From contig JAURMM010000089.1 in assembly GCA_030830685.1 (NCBI GenBank), positions 1 to 38,203 on the forward strand: 38,203 bases of DNA, written 5' to 3'. Below the pieces are notes generated by a model. It searched no databases, was not told where the DNA came from, and worked only from the letters and a program-made list of their open reading frames with translations. Shown piece after piece: positions 1 to 9,322 of this stretch; position 1 is the stretch's first letter; each line of letters starts with the position of its first letter. The DNA comes from Gammaproteobacteria bacterium. Lineage in GTDB: Bacteria > Pseudomonadota > Gammaproteobacteria > Ga0077536. A program made the position numbers and the translations under genes.

Positions 1-382
1 CGACCCAGCGCCACTGATCGAATTCCGGTCGTTCATCGCAGCAGAGATCGAACGCGCTTTCGGCGGCAGTGAGGCGCATCACGAACCAGCGCTGCTTCTG
101 GCCGATGCACAGAGGACGCTGGTCGTGACGGATGAAACGGCGGGGAAGCCGGTAGCGCAGCCAGCGCCGCGTGCAGCCTATGACTTCCACATGCTGCGGC
201 TGCAGGCCGACCTCCTCCCGCAATTCACGGAACATGGCTTGTTCCGGGCTTTCGTCAGGATTCATCCCGCCCTGCGGGAATTGCCAGGCGCTGCGGCCGC
301 AACGACGGCCCCAGAACACCTGGCCCCGGTCATTCAGGATGATGATGCCAACATTGGCCCGATAGCCCTGCGAGTCGATCAT
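1..382 (-). CDS. rppH: RNA pyrophosphohydrolase RppH (Nudix), partial: 3' end runs off the window start
   Basis: Not in the ORF track because there is no stop in the window. Manual minus-strand translation from ATG at 382: [60 protein letters not shown]...WLRYRLP...CIGQKQRWF...PEFDQWRWV. Contains the Nudix box and RppH-specific motifs. Confidence 0.95.
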   Translation of the reverse strand, partial: MIDSQGYRANVGIIILNDRGQVFWGRRCGRSAWQFPQGGMNPDESPEQAMFRELREEVGLQPQHVEVIGCTRRWLRYRLPRRFIRHDQRPLCIGQKQRWFVMRLTAAESAFDLCCDERPEFDQWRWV

Positions 383-388
383 GGGAGG

Positions 389-418
389 ATTCTGACTGAC
401 CTCCCCGCATCGTGGCAA
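389..418 (-). promoter_or_regulatory. Putative sigma70 promoter of rppH (TTGCCA-N18-CAGAAT), 6 nt before the ATG
   Basis: Hexamers read on the minus strand. The same CAGAAT -10 occurs at the tRNA promoter (35763-35768). Confidence 0.4.
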
Positions 419-428
419 TCCGGTGGAC

Positions 429-1409
429 TCAACCCACCAGCTGCTGCACCGCGGCCCGTTCTTCCTTGAGCTCGTTCTCCGTCGCGGTCATGCGCGCACG
501 ACTGAAATCGTCTACCGGCAGGCCCTGCACGATCTCGTAGTCGCCATTGCGGCAGCGAACCGGGAAGGAATACATCAGGCCTATTTCGATGCCGTAACTG
601 CCATCGCTGGGGATGCCCATGCTAGTCCAATCGTCACCCGGGGTGCCCAAAGCCCAATCACGCATGTGTTCAAGAGCGGCATTGGCGGCGGAAGCAGCGC
701 TCGAGGCGCCGCGGGCGTCGATGATTTCAGCCCCGCGCTTCGCAACCCGCGGGATGTATTCGTTTTCATACCAGGCGCGCTCCACCTGTGAAAGCGCAGC
801 CGCCCCCTTCACAGTGGCTTGGCTCAGATCCGGATACTGGGTGGTGGAGTGGTTGCCCCAGATGGTGACCTTCTTGATATCCGCCACCGTGCTTGCGGTT
901 TTGGCGGCCAGCTGGGCCACGGCACGGTTGTGATCGAGCCGGGTCATGGCAGTGAACTGGCGGGGATTGATGTCCGGAGCCGAGACCATGCAGGTCCAGG
1001 CGTTGGTGTTGGCAGGATTGCCCACCACCAGCACCTTGATGTTGCGGTTTGCATGATCGTTGATGGCTTTGCCTTGGACCTTGAAGATGCCGCCGTTGGC
1101 GGCGAGCAGGTCGGCACGCTCCATGCCGGGTCCGCGCGGACGCGCGCCGACGAGGAGACCATATTCCGTGCCCTTGAAGGCGACATTCGGGTCGTCACTC
1201 ATCTCGATACCGGCGACCAGCGGGAAGGCGCAGTCATCGAGCTCCATCGCCACGCCCTGCAAGGCCTTCATCGCGGGGGTCACTTCGAGCAGTTGCAGGA
1301 TGACGGGCTGCTCAGCGCCCAACATCTGGCCGGAAGCGATACGGAACAGCAGGGAATACGAAATCTGGCCGGCGGCGCCGGTGACCGTGACTCTGACGGG
1401 CTTTTTCAT
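429..1409 (-). CDS. mdh: Malate dehydrogenase (MDH type 2)
   Basis: [21 protein letters not shown] Rossmann motif, [39 protein letters not shown]. Confidence 0.97.
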   Translation of the reverse strand: MKKPVRVTVTGAAGQISYSLLFRIASGQMLGAEQPVILQLLEVTPAMKALQGVAMELDDCAFPLVAGIEMSDDPNVAFKGTEYGLLVGARPRGPGMERADLLAANGGIFKVQGKAINDHANRNIKVLVVGNPANTNAWTCMVSAPDINPRQFTAMTRLDHNRAVAQLAAKTASTVADIKKVTIWGNHSTTQYPDLSQATVKGAAALSQVERAWYENEYIPRVAKRGAEIIDARGASSAASAANAALEHMRDWALGTPGDDWTSMGIPSDGSYGIEIGLMYSFPVRCRNGDYEIVQGLPVDDFSRARMTATENELKEERAAVQQLVG

Positions 1410-1460
1410 GGGAAGAATCCTGGGTTTGTTCTGGTGTCTGTGCTGGACGGAAAGCGCGGC

Positions 1461-2759
1461 CTATTTGCGGCTTTCCAGCTGTACGTAGTCGCGCTTCGGC
1501 GCCCCTATGTACAGCTGGCGAGGCCGGCCGATGCGGAAGTCCGCCTGATCGGTCAGCATCTCCATCCATTGGGCAATCCAGCCCGCGGATCGAGCCAGGG
1601 CGAACATGGGCGTGAACATGTTGGTTGGGATATTCAGAGCCTGGTAGATGAGGCCCGAGTAGAAATCGACGTTCGGATAGAGTTTGCGGGAGATGAAGTA
1701 TTCATCTTCCAGGGCAATGCGCTCGAGCTCCATCGCTATCTCGAACAGCGGTTGGTTCAGCTTCATCTCGGTCAGCAGATCGTGACAAGCCTTGCGGATG
1801 ATCTTCGCCCGTGGGTCGTAGTTCTTGTAGACCCGATGACCAAAGCCCATCAGCTTGAAGTTGTCACTCTTGTCCTTGGCGCGGTCCACGAACTTGTGGA
1901 TGTTCTTCGGGTGCCCGATCTCGGTGAGCATGTCGATGACCGCTTCGTTGGCCCCGCCGTGGGCCTTACCCCACAGAGTGGAGATGCCGGCAGACACGCA
2001 CGCAAAGGGGTTGGTTTCCGCGCTTCCGCAGAGACGGACGGTGGAAGTGCTCGCATTCTGCTCGTGGTCCGCATGGAGGATGAACAGCAGGTCCATGGCC
2101 CGCACGGCGACCGGGTTGGCCTGATAGGGCTCAGTCGGCCAGGAGAACATCATGTACATGAAGTTCTCCACGAAATCGCGCGAATTGTCGGGGTACACGA
2201 ACGGCAGGCCGCTGGAGTAGCGATAGGCCTTGGACACAAGGTTCGGCATCTTGGAAATCACGCGCTGCGCGGTCAGGCGGCGGTCATCCGGGTTATAGAT
2301 GTCGGTCGAGTTGTGATAGTACGAGGCTACTGCTGCCATCACGCCCGAGAGCACCGACATCGGATGCGCATCGTAGCGATATCCCTGATAAAAGCGCGTA
2401 AGATGCTCATGAGTCATGCCATGCATCTTGATGACATGCTTGAAGTCGCTGAACTGCTGGGGTGTCGGTAACTCGCCATTGATCAGCAGGTAGGCCACCT
2501 CGAGGTAGGTCGATTTCTCTGCCAGTTGCTCGATGGGGTAACCTCGATAGAGAAGAACACCCTCCTCACCGTCCAGGTAGGTGATCGAACTGCGGCAGGC
2601 TGCGGTAGAGCCGTACCCCAGGTCGAACGTGAACATTCCGAGTTCCTTGTAGAGACTCTTGAGGTCGATGACAGGTGCGCCGTATTGACCTTCATAGACC
2701 GGACATTCGACCGACTTGCCAGAGGCTTTGTCGGTAATCACGACAGTGCGGGTGGACAT
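1461..2759 (-). CDS. gltA: Citrate synthase (type II)
   Basis: LLYRGYPIEQL, ILHADHEQNASTS, HGGANEAV, LMGFGHRVYKNYDPRA, YPNVDFYSG. Start moved to ATG 2759 (MSTRTVV), which follows a GAGG SD and an A-rich tract. Confidence 0.96.
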   Translation of the reverse strand: MSTRTVVITDKASGKSVECPVYEGQYGAPVIDLKSLYKELGMFTFDLGYGSTAACRSSITYLDGEEGVLLYRGYPIEQLAEKSTYLEVAYLLINGELPTPQQFSDFKHVIKMHGMTHEHLTRFYQGYRYDAHPMSVLSGVMAAVASYYHNSTDIYNPDDRRLTAQRVISKMPNLVSKAYRYSSGLPFVYPDNSRDFVENFMYMMFSWPTEPYQANPVAVRAMDLLFILHADHEQNASTSTVRLCGSAETNPFACVSAGISTLWGKAHGGANEAVIDMLTEIGHPKNIHKFVDRAKDKSDNFKLMGFGHRVYKNYDPRAKIIRKACHDLLTEMKLNQPLFEIAMELERIALEDEYFISRKLYPNVDFYSGLIYQALNIPTNMFTPMFALARSAGWIAQWMEMLTDQADFRIGRPRQLYIGAPKRDYVQLESRK

Positions 2760-2795
2760 GTTTTTTTTCCTCATCTTTTTTCTGTGGGGCACTTC

Positions 2796-2808
2796 TGCAC
2801 CGCACAAG
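2796..2808. promoter_or_regulatory. Putative PhaR-type box TGCACCGCA(CAAG) in the gltA leader
   Basis: The 13-mer TGCACCGCACAAG is identical to the reverse complement of the site upstream of phaR (8637-8649). Confidence 0.5.
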
Positions 2809-3071
2809 CGTCCAAGCATAAACGCGCGCCTGAGGCGGCTTCAAGGGCAAGGTGAGACGTAGTGGCACCCGAAGTAGCAATGCATCACCGAGGCGCGTTG
2901 CACTGCTTAGGAGCGCTACTCAGTGTCGCTTGATTTTCAAGCAGAAAAGTCCACTGCCCTGATGACTTTGGAGGGGGCTTGATCGAGAATCCGCTGCGGT
3001 TGATGCGCCGCCATAACCGGCGCTCGGGCTCACCTCTCGGTCGAACAGTTACCAGCAGCGAAAGGAACGCC

Positions 3072-5918
3072 ATGCAGATCCCCTCGTGCCTGTCCAGCGG
3101 CAACGCAGCCTTCGTGGAGGCACTCTACGAATCGTGGTTGGCTGATCCGGGTTCGGTAGCCGAAGACTGGAAGAAGTACTTCCAGTCCCTAGGGACTGAG
3201 AACGCCCCACCGGATGTGTCCCACGCCCCGGTGCGGGCCCGCATGCTGGCCCTGGCAGATCGCCGTCTCGCGCCCGCCGGATCTGCGCAGGCCCAGGCGG
3301 CACCTGTGGACGATGGCAAGCAGGTTGCAGTACTCCAGCTCATCAACTCCTACCGCTTCATGGGTCATCGCCAGGCGCGTCTCGACCCGCTGAACCAGCA
3401 CGCCAGACCTCAGGTTTCGGAGTTGGACCCTGCACATCACGGGCTCGGTCCCCAGGACATGGACCGCCTGTTCAACACCGGTTCGCTCCAAGGCGTACCC
3501 GGCAGCCAGGCCAGCCTCGCCCGGATTCTCGAAATCGTGCACAGCACCTACTGCGGCACTGTCGGTGCGGAGTACATGCATATAGTCGAGACGGCGCAGA
3601 AGCGCTGGATCCAGCAACGGCTGGAACCGGAGCTGGGGCGGCCAAGTTTTTCGCCTGAAAAAAAACGTTGGCTGCTTGACCGCCTGGTCGCCGCCGGCGC
3701 GCTGGAAGAGTACCTGCACCGGAAGTACGTGGGACAGAAGCGGTTTTCGCTGGAAGGCGGCGAAAGCGCCATCCCCTTGCTCGACCAGCTGCTGGAGGAC
3801 TCTGGCCGGCATGGCATGAAGGAAGTCGTCATCGGCATGGCGCATCGTGGTCGCCTGAACGTGCTGGTGAACATCGTGGGCAAGCATCCGTCCAAGCTGT
3901 TCGACGAGTTCGAGGGCCGCAGCAGGGATGCGCGCCTTGGTGACGTCAAATATCACCTCGGTTACTCCTCCGATATCGATACTTCGCATGGCGTGGTCCA
4001 CCTCACGCTCGCCTTCAACCCCTCACACCTCGAGATCATCGATCCGGTGGTCGAAGGTTCGGTTCGCGCCCGCCAGGACCGACGCGGAGATGTCGAACGC
4101 AATCGCGTCCTGCCACTGCTGATTCACGGTGACGCGGCTTTCGCCGGGCAAGGCGTGGTGATGGAAACCTTCAACCTGTCGCAGACCCGCGGTTACAGCA
4201 CCGGGGGCACGGTTCACGTGATCATCAACAACCAGATCGGTTTCACCACCAGTGATCCGCTCGATTCCCGTTCCACGCTCTACTGCACCGACGTGGCCAA
4301 GATGGTTCAGGCACCGATCTTCCACGTGAATGGTGATGACCCCGAAGCGGTGGCGATGGTGGCCCAGCTTGCGCTCGACTTCCGCATGGAGTTCAACAAG
4401 GACGTGGTGATTGATCTGGTGTGCTATCGCAAGCACGGACACAGCGAGGCAGACGAGCCTGCCGCCACACAGCCGCTCATGTACCAGCACATCCGACAGC
4501 ACCCAGGTGTGCGCAAGTCCTATGCCCAGCAACTCGCTGCCGAGGGCGTGGTGGCGGCCGATGCGCTCGAGAAAATGACAGACCGGTACTGCGAGGCCCT
4601 GGATAACAATGTGGTGGTTTCGCGACCCCACGTGGAGGTCCAGGACACCCGCTATCTGATCAACTTCGAACCGTTCCGTGACACGCACTGGCGGGCCACG
4701 GCGGACACCGCACTGCCCAAAGGGCAAATCATGGCTCTAGCCCAGGGCCTGACCCGCTTCCCCGAAAAATTCCAGCTTCACCGCTCCGTGAAGAAGGTCG
4801 TCAGCGATCGCCAGAAAATGGCCGAGGGCGAGTTGCCGCTGGATTGGGGCTTCACGGAAAGCCTCGCCTATGCCTCCCTCGTGGTTGATGGGCACGCCGT
4901 GCGGATTTCCGGTCAGGACAGCGGCCGAGGAACGTTTTTCCATCGTCATGCCGTCCTGCATGACGAGAAGACCGGTGACACCTTCCTGCCCCTGCAGAAT
5001 CTTGCTCCTGACCAGGCGAGTTTCCTTGTCATCAACTCGACGCTCTCCGAGGAAGCTGTCCTCGGTTTCGAGTACGGCTATGCGAGCTCAGAGCCGCGCT
5101 CGCTTGTCATCTGGGAAGCCCAGTTCGGGGATTTCGTCAACGGTGCGCAGGTAGTGATCGACCAGTTCATCGCGAGCTGCGAAGAAAAATGGGGCCGTTA
5201 CTGCGGGCTGACCATGCTCCTGCCTCATGGCTATGACGGCCAGGGGCCCGAGCATTCCTCGGCCCGTCTGGAGCGCTTCCTGCAGCTCTGCGCCGAAGAC
5301 AACATGCAGGTGGTCTACCCGACGACACCAGCACAGATGTTCCACATGCTGCGGCGGCAGGTACTGCGGCCGTACCGCAAGCCGCTGGTGGTGATGAGCC
5401 CGAAGGCGCTGCTGCGCCACAAGCTCTCGGTGTCCACGCTGGAGGAGCTAGAACGCGGGGTCTTCCTGCCGGTCATCGACGAGGTGGATGCGCTGGCTCC
5501 AAAGCAGGTTGAACGCCTGCTGATCTGCAGCGGCAAGGTGTACTTCGACCTGATTGAAGCTCGGCGCCAGCATGGCATCACCCACAGCGCAATCATTCGC
5601 CTGGAGCAGCTTTATCCGTTCCCGCGCGAGGAACTGGTAGCCATTGCGGCGCGCTTCCCCAACGTACGAGAGTTCGTGTGGGTACAGGAGGAGCCCCGCA
5701 ACCAGGGTGCCTGGCCCGTCATGCTTTCGAAACGCCATCTTGGCGGATGTTTCCCGCAAGATCTCCCACTGTTGTGCGTGGCTCGCCCCTACTCCGCGTC
5801 TCCCGCCGTCGGCTACCACGCGCTGCATGTGAAGCAGCAGCAGGATGTAGTCGAGGAAGCCCTGCTGTTGAAACAGACCGGGGCACGACCGAAAACCCAA
5901 CGCAAGAAATCCGCTTGA
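3072..5918 (+). CDS. sucA: 2-oxoglutarate dehydrogenase E1
   Basis: QKRFSLEGGE, IGMAHRGRLNVL, GDVKYHLG, FNPSHLE, HGDAAFAGQGVV TPP motif, LLPHGYDGQGPEHSSARLERF. Start set at ATG 3072 after an AAAGGA SD. Confidence 0.97.
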   Translation: MQIPSCLSSGNAAFVEALYESWLADPGSVAEDWKKYFQSLGTENAPPDVSHAPVRARMLALADRRLAPAGSAQAQAAPVDDGKQVAVLQLINSYRFMGHRQARLDPLNQHARPQVSELDPAHHGLGPQDMDRLFNTGSLQGVPGSQASLARILEIVHSTYCGTVGAEYMHIVETAQKRWIQQRLEPELGRPSFSPEKKRWLLDRLVAAGALEEYLHRKYVGQKRFSLEGGESAIPLLDQLLEDSGRHGMKEVVIGMAHRGRLNVLVNIVGKHPSKLFDEFEGRSRDARLGDVKYHLGYSSDIDTSHGVVHLTLAFNPSHLEIIDPVVEGSVRARQDRRGDVERNRVLPLLIHGDAAFAGQGVVMETFNLSQTRGYSTGGTVHVIINNQIGFTTSDPLDSRSTLYCTDVAKMVQAPIFHVNGDDPEAVAMVAQLALDFRMEFNKDVVIDLVCYRKHGHSEADEPAATQPLMYQHIRQHPGVRKSYAQQLAAEGVVAADALEKMTDRYCEALDNNVVVSRPHVEVQDTRYLINFEPFRDTHWRATADTALPKGQIMALAQGLTRFPEKFQLHRSVKKVVSDRQKMAEGELPLDWGFTESLAYASLVVDGHAVRISGQDSGRGTFFHRHAVLHDEKTGDTFLPLQNLAPDQASFLVINSTLSEEAVLGFEYGYASSEPRSLVIWEAQFGDFVNGAQVVIDQFIASCEEKWGRYCGLTMLLPHGYDGQGPEHSSARLERFLQLCAEDNMQVVYPTTPAQMFHMLRRQVLRPYRKPLVVMSPKALLRHKLSVSTLEELERGVFLPVIDEVDALAPKQVERLLICSGKVYFDLIEARRQHGITHSAIIRLEQLYPFPREELVAIAARFPNVREFVWVQEEPRNQGAWPVMLSKRHLGGCFPQDLPLLCVARPYSASPAVGYHALHVKQQQDVVEEALLLKQTGARPKTQRKKSA

Positions 5919-5963
5919 ATCCGCGTGGCCTGTGCGTGAAGTCAATGACAGAGAGGAAATCCC

Positions 5964-7175
5964 GTGCTTGTTGAAATCAAAGTGCCCGTGCTTGCCGAGT
6001 CGGTTCCCGACGCCACCCTCCTCGAATGGCGGAAGAAGACCGGGGAACAGGTGGGACGCGGCGAGAACCTGATCGACCTGGAGACTGACAAGGTGACTCT
6101 GGAGGTCGTCGCACCCGACTCCGGGGTGCTGGTCGAGATCCGCAAACAAACCGGTGAAACCGCTCTGAGCCATGATGTGCTCGCGGTCATCGACACCGCT
6201 GCAAGTGCGACGGCCAGCGCCGCCCCTGCGGTGACGGTGGCAACGCCTGCCGCCGCGGCCGCGCCAGCACAGGCTGCCGCGAAGGCAGGTCCTGCGGCCC
6301 GCAAACTGATGGCCGAACAGAGGCTTGCTTCCACAGAGGTGCCCGCGTCCCGCGACGATGGCCGCATCACCAAGGGCGACGTGATGGCGCAGGTCGCACG
6401 CGCAGCCGCCGCGCCTGCCGCTGTCCCGCCTGCCCCCGTTCTGAACAGCCCTGCGGTGCTGCTGGATGCCGGAGCCCGCCCGCAGGAACGGGTGTCCATG
6501 ACGCGTCTGCGCAAGCGCACCGCGGAACGCTTGCTCCAGGCCCAGCAGCAGGCGGCCATGTTGACCACCTTCAACGAGGTAAACATGCAGGCGCTCCTGG
6601 ATCTGCGCAGTCGCTACAAGGACGACTTCGAGAAGCGCCACGGCGTGAAGCTCGGCTTCATGTCGTTCTTCGTCAAGGCAGCGGTTGAGGCGCTCAAGCG
6701 CTTCCCCGTCGTCAACGCCTCGGTGGACGGAGACGACATCCTCTACCACGGCTATTTCGACATCGGCGTTGCCGTGGGCTCCGAACGCGGCCTGGTGGTA
6801 CCAGTGCTGCGCAACGCCGAACTCATGAGCTTCGCGGACATCGAGCGCCAGATTGCCGATTTCGGCCAACGCGCCCGTGTCGGCAAGCTGACCCTGGAGG
6901 AACTCACCGGAGGAACGTTCACGATCAGCAACGGCGGCATCTTCGGTTCGCTGGTCTCGACGCCCATCATCAACCCCCCGCAGAGCGCGATCCTCGGCAT
7001 GCACAAGATTCAGGAACGACCGATTGCCGAGCGCGGTCAGGTGGTCATCCGGCCGATGATGTATCTCGCACTGTCCTATGACCACCGCATCATCGACGGG
7101 CGCGAAGCCGTGCAGTGCCTGGATACCATGCGTCAGTGCCTGGAAGATCCGGGTCGCCTGCTGCTGGGAGTCTGA
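5964..7175 (+). CDS. sucB: 2-oxoglutarate dehydrogenase E2, dihydrolipoyl succinyltransferase
   Basis: Lipoyl domain ETDKV, Ala/Pro linker, GRITKGDV binding domain, catalytic DHRIIDG. GTG start after a GAGG SD. Confidence 0.96.
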   Translation: MLVEIKVPVLAESVPDATLLEWRKKTGEQVGRGENLIDLETDKVTLEVVAPDSGVLVEIRKQTGETALSHDVLAVIDTAASATASAAPAVTVATPAAAAAPAQAAAKAGPAARKLMAEQRLASTEVPASRDDGRITKGDVMAQVARAAAAPAAVPPAPVLNSPAVLLDAGARPQERVSMTRLRKRTAERLLQAQQQAAMLTTFNEVNMQALLDLRSRYKDDFEKRHGVKLGFMSFFVKAAVEALKRFPVVNASVDGDDILYHGYFDIGVAVGSERGLVVPVLRNAELMSFADIERQIADFGQRARVGKLTLEELTGGTFTISNGGIFGSLVSTPIINPPQSAILGMHKIQERPIAERGQVVIRPMMYLALSYDHRIIDGREAVQCLDTMRQCLEDPGRLLLGV

Positions 7176-7178
7176 GCC

Positions 7179-8597
7179 ATGGAAAGCTATGACATCGTGG
7201 TGATCGGCGCCGGCCCCGGTGGTTATGTGACCGCCATACGCGCTGCGCAGCTCGGATTCAGGACGGCCTGCATCGAAGGCTGGACCAATGCAGGCGGTGA
7301 GGCAGCCCTGGGGGGTACTTGTCTCAATGTCGGTTGCATTCCCTCCAAGGCCTTGCTCGATTCATCCCACCACTTCGAGCACATGACCAAGCATGCAAAA
7401 GAACACGGCATCCAGGTCACAGGTCTCGGGATGGACGTGCCGACCATGCAGAAGCGCAAGGACAAGATTGTCCAGGCGCTCACCCAGGGTATCCAGGGCC
7501 TGTTCAAGAAGAACCAGGTGGCTTGGATCAAGGGCACTGGCCGGCTTGCAGGAGGCAATGAGGTTGCGGTGATGGATGCGGCGGGCAAGGAAACTTCCCG
7601 CATAGCCGGCACGCACATCGTCATCGCCACGGGTTCGGTACCCATGCAAATCGCATGCGCCAAGGTCGATCAGCAGAGGATCGTGGATTCCACCGGGGCG
7701 CTTGCTTTCGAGACGGTTCCAAAGACACTCGGGGTGATCGGGGGCGGTGTCATCGGCCTCGAACTCGGCAGCGTGTGGCGGCGGCTCGGCGCCAAGGTCA
7801 CGATCTTCGAGGCGATGCCGGAGTTTCTCCCCAGCGTCGATCGCGATGTGGCCAAGGAAGCGCAGAAACTCTTCACCCGCCAAGGCCTCGATATCCGCCT
7901 TGGTGCCAAGGTGCTTTCCGCCAAGGGGGGCAAGAGCGGTGTCACGCTTGAGGTGGAACTCGCGGGAAAGGCCGAAACGCTGGACGTGGAACGCCTTGTG
8001 GTGGCTGTGGGACGCGCCCCTCGAACTTCCGACCTGGGTGCTGCAGAAGCCGGACTTGCCTTGGACAGTCGCGGGTTCATCAAGGTCGATGAGGGTTTCC
8101 GCACCAATCTGCCAGGCGTCTACGCCATCGGAGATGTGGTCGGCGGGCCCATGCTCGCGCACAAAGCCTCGGAGGAGGGGGTGGCCCTGGCCGAGATGCT
8201 CGCGGGCCAGAAGCCCGAAGTCGACCACAGCCACATCCCCTGGGTCATTTATACCTGGCCGGAAATCGCCTGGGCCGGGGCCACGGAGCAGGCCCTCAAG
8301 GCCGAAGGACGCGCTTACAAGGTGGGCAAGTTTCCCTTCCTCGCCAGCGGCCGCGCCAGGGCAATGGGTGAGACTGATGGCTTCGTGAAGGTCCTTTCGG
8401 ACGCCGCGGACGACAGTCTGCTCGGAGTGCACTGCCTGGGTCCCAATGCCTCGGAACTCATCGCGGAAGCCGTCATCACCATGGCCTTTGGCGGGAGCGC
8501 CGAGGACATCGCGCGTACCGTCCACGCCCACCCGACCTTGGCCGAATCGCTACATGAGGCGGCTCTGGGAACGGACGGACGCATGATCCACCTGTAA
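7179..8597 (+). CDS. lpdA: Dihydrolipoamide dehydrogenase (E3)
   Basis: GAGPGG FAD motif, GGTCLNVGCIPSK redox disulfide, HAHPTLAE; starts 3 bp after sucB. Confidence 0.97.
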   Translation: MESYDIVVIGAGPGGYVTAIRAAQLGFRTACIEGWTNAGGEAALGGTCLNVGCIPSKALLDSSHHFEHMTKHAKEHGIQVTGLGMDVPTMQKRKDKIVQALTQGIQGLFKKNQVAWIKGTGRLAGGNEVAVMDAAGKETSRIAGTHIVIATGSVPMQIACAKVDQQRIVDSTGALAFETVPKTLGVIGGGVIGLELGSVWRRLGAKVTIFEAMPEFLPSVDRDVAKEAQKLFTRQGLDIRLGAKVLSAKGGKSGVTLEVELAGKAETLDVERLVVAVGRAPRTSDLGAAEAGLALDSRGFIKVDEGFRTNLPGVYAIGDVVGGPMLAHKASEEGVALAEMLAGQKPEVDHSHIPWVIYTWPEIAWAGATEQALKAEGRAYKVGKFPFLASGRARAMGETDGFVKVLSDAADDSLLGVHCLGPNASELIAEAVITMAFGGSAEDIARTVHAHPTLAESLHEAALGTDGRMIHL

Positions 8598-8606
8598 TCA
8601 ACGGAC

Positions 8607-8640
8607 GCAAGCGCCCCGTCCTGGGGCGGTTGCTTTCTTG
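8607..8640 (+). terminator. Probable intrinsic terminator of sucAB-lpdA
   Basis: GCAAgCGCCCC-gtcct-GGGGCGgTTGC stem followed by TTTCTTG. Confidence 0.55.
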
Positions 8641-8659
8641 TGCGGTGCAACGGTAGATT
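8630..8659 (+). promoter_or_regulatory. Putative phaR promoter (TTGCTT-N18-TAGATT) with PhaR-type box TGCGGTGCA (8641-8649) in the spacer
   Basis: Motifs seen directly; PhaR proteins are known to autorepress through TGC-rich sites. Confidence 0.55.
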
Positions 8660-8686
8660 ATCTGCAACACTCTTTCCCGGAAGCTC

Positions 8687-9184
8687 ATGAGCATGACCGA
8701 CACTGCCCCGAAGCGCGTCATCAAGAAGTATCCGAACCGCCGTCTGTATGACACCAACGAAAGCAAGTACGTCACCCTTGCGGACGTCAGACGCCTGGTG
8801 CTCGAGGACATCCCCTTCTGCGTGATCGACAAGAAGTCGAACGAGGACATAACTCGCAATATCCTGCTGCAGATCATCGTCGAGCAGGAAGAGAGCAGTG
8901 AACCGATCTTCACGACAGATGTGCTGCAGCAGATGATCGGGTTCTATGGCAACTCCGCGAACCGTCTTGCTGGCGACTTCCTGCGCAACAGCGTCAACGT
9001 GCTCTACCAGCAGCAGAAAAACCTGCAGACGCAAATGTCGAACGCGCTGAACATGTCGCCTATGCCTGCGGCATTCACCGAGCTTGCCAAGCGCAACATG
9101 GAGATGTGGCAGCGGATGCAGGAAAACTTTTTCCGACCGGTGGGCGTGGGGCAGCACGAACCGGACGAGAAGGAAAAAAGCTGA
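8687..9184 (+). CDS. phaR: Polyhydroxyalkanoate synthesis repressor PhaR
   Basis: RVIKKYPNRRLYDTNESKYVTL DNA-binding domain, EDITRNILLQIIVEQE, IGFYG. Confidence 0.93.
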   Translation: MSMTDTAPKRVIKKYPNRRLYDTNESKYVTLADVRRLVLEDIPFCVIDKKSNEDITRNILLQIIVEQEESSEPIFTTDVLQQMIGFYGNSANRLAGDFLRNSVNVLYQQQKNLQTQMSNALNMSPMPAAFTELAKRNMEMWQRMQENFFRPVGVGQHEPDEKEKS

Positions 9185-9263
9185 CACGCGTCAGGCGACG
9201 CCGGCCTCGCGCGGTGAACCGGCGCAAGTGCCGGCCAACGCTGGCTCCCCAACTGGCGAATTC

Positions 9264-9307
9264 AAAAAAAAAGGGCGCTCCCGGAAGGGAAGCGCCCTTT
9301 CAGTTTT
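9264..9307. terminator. Bidirectional intrinsic terminator between convergent phaR and pckG
   Basis: AAAGGGCGCT-CCC-GGAA-GGGA-AGCGCCCTTT hairpin flanked by A9 (U-tract on the minus strand) and TTTCAGTTTT. Confidence 0.85.
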
Positions 9308-9322
9308 AGGGAGAAATGATGG

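Noticed and set aside
125-469. Plus-strand 114-aa ORF in the track
   Set aside because: Antisense shadow of rppH, which occupies 1-382 on the minus strand with clear family motifs.
819-2471. 550-aa plus-strand ORF
   Set aside because: Antisense to mdh/gltA with no recognisable motifs; a typical stop-poor shadow frame of GC-rich genes.
5448-7085. 545-aa minus-strand ORF (also 7362-8531)
   Set aside because: Antisense shadow of sucA/sucB/lpdA.
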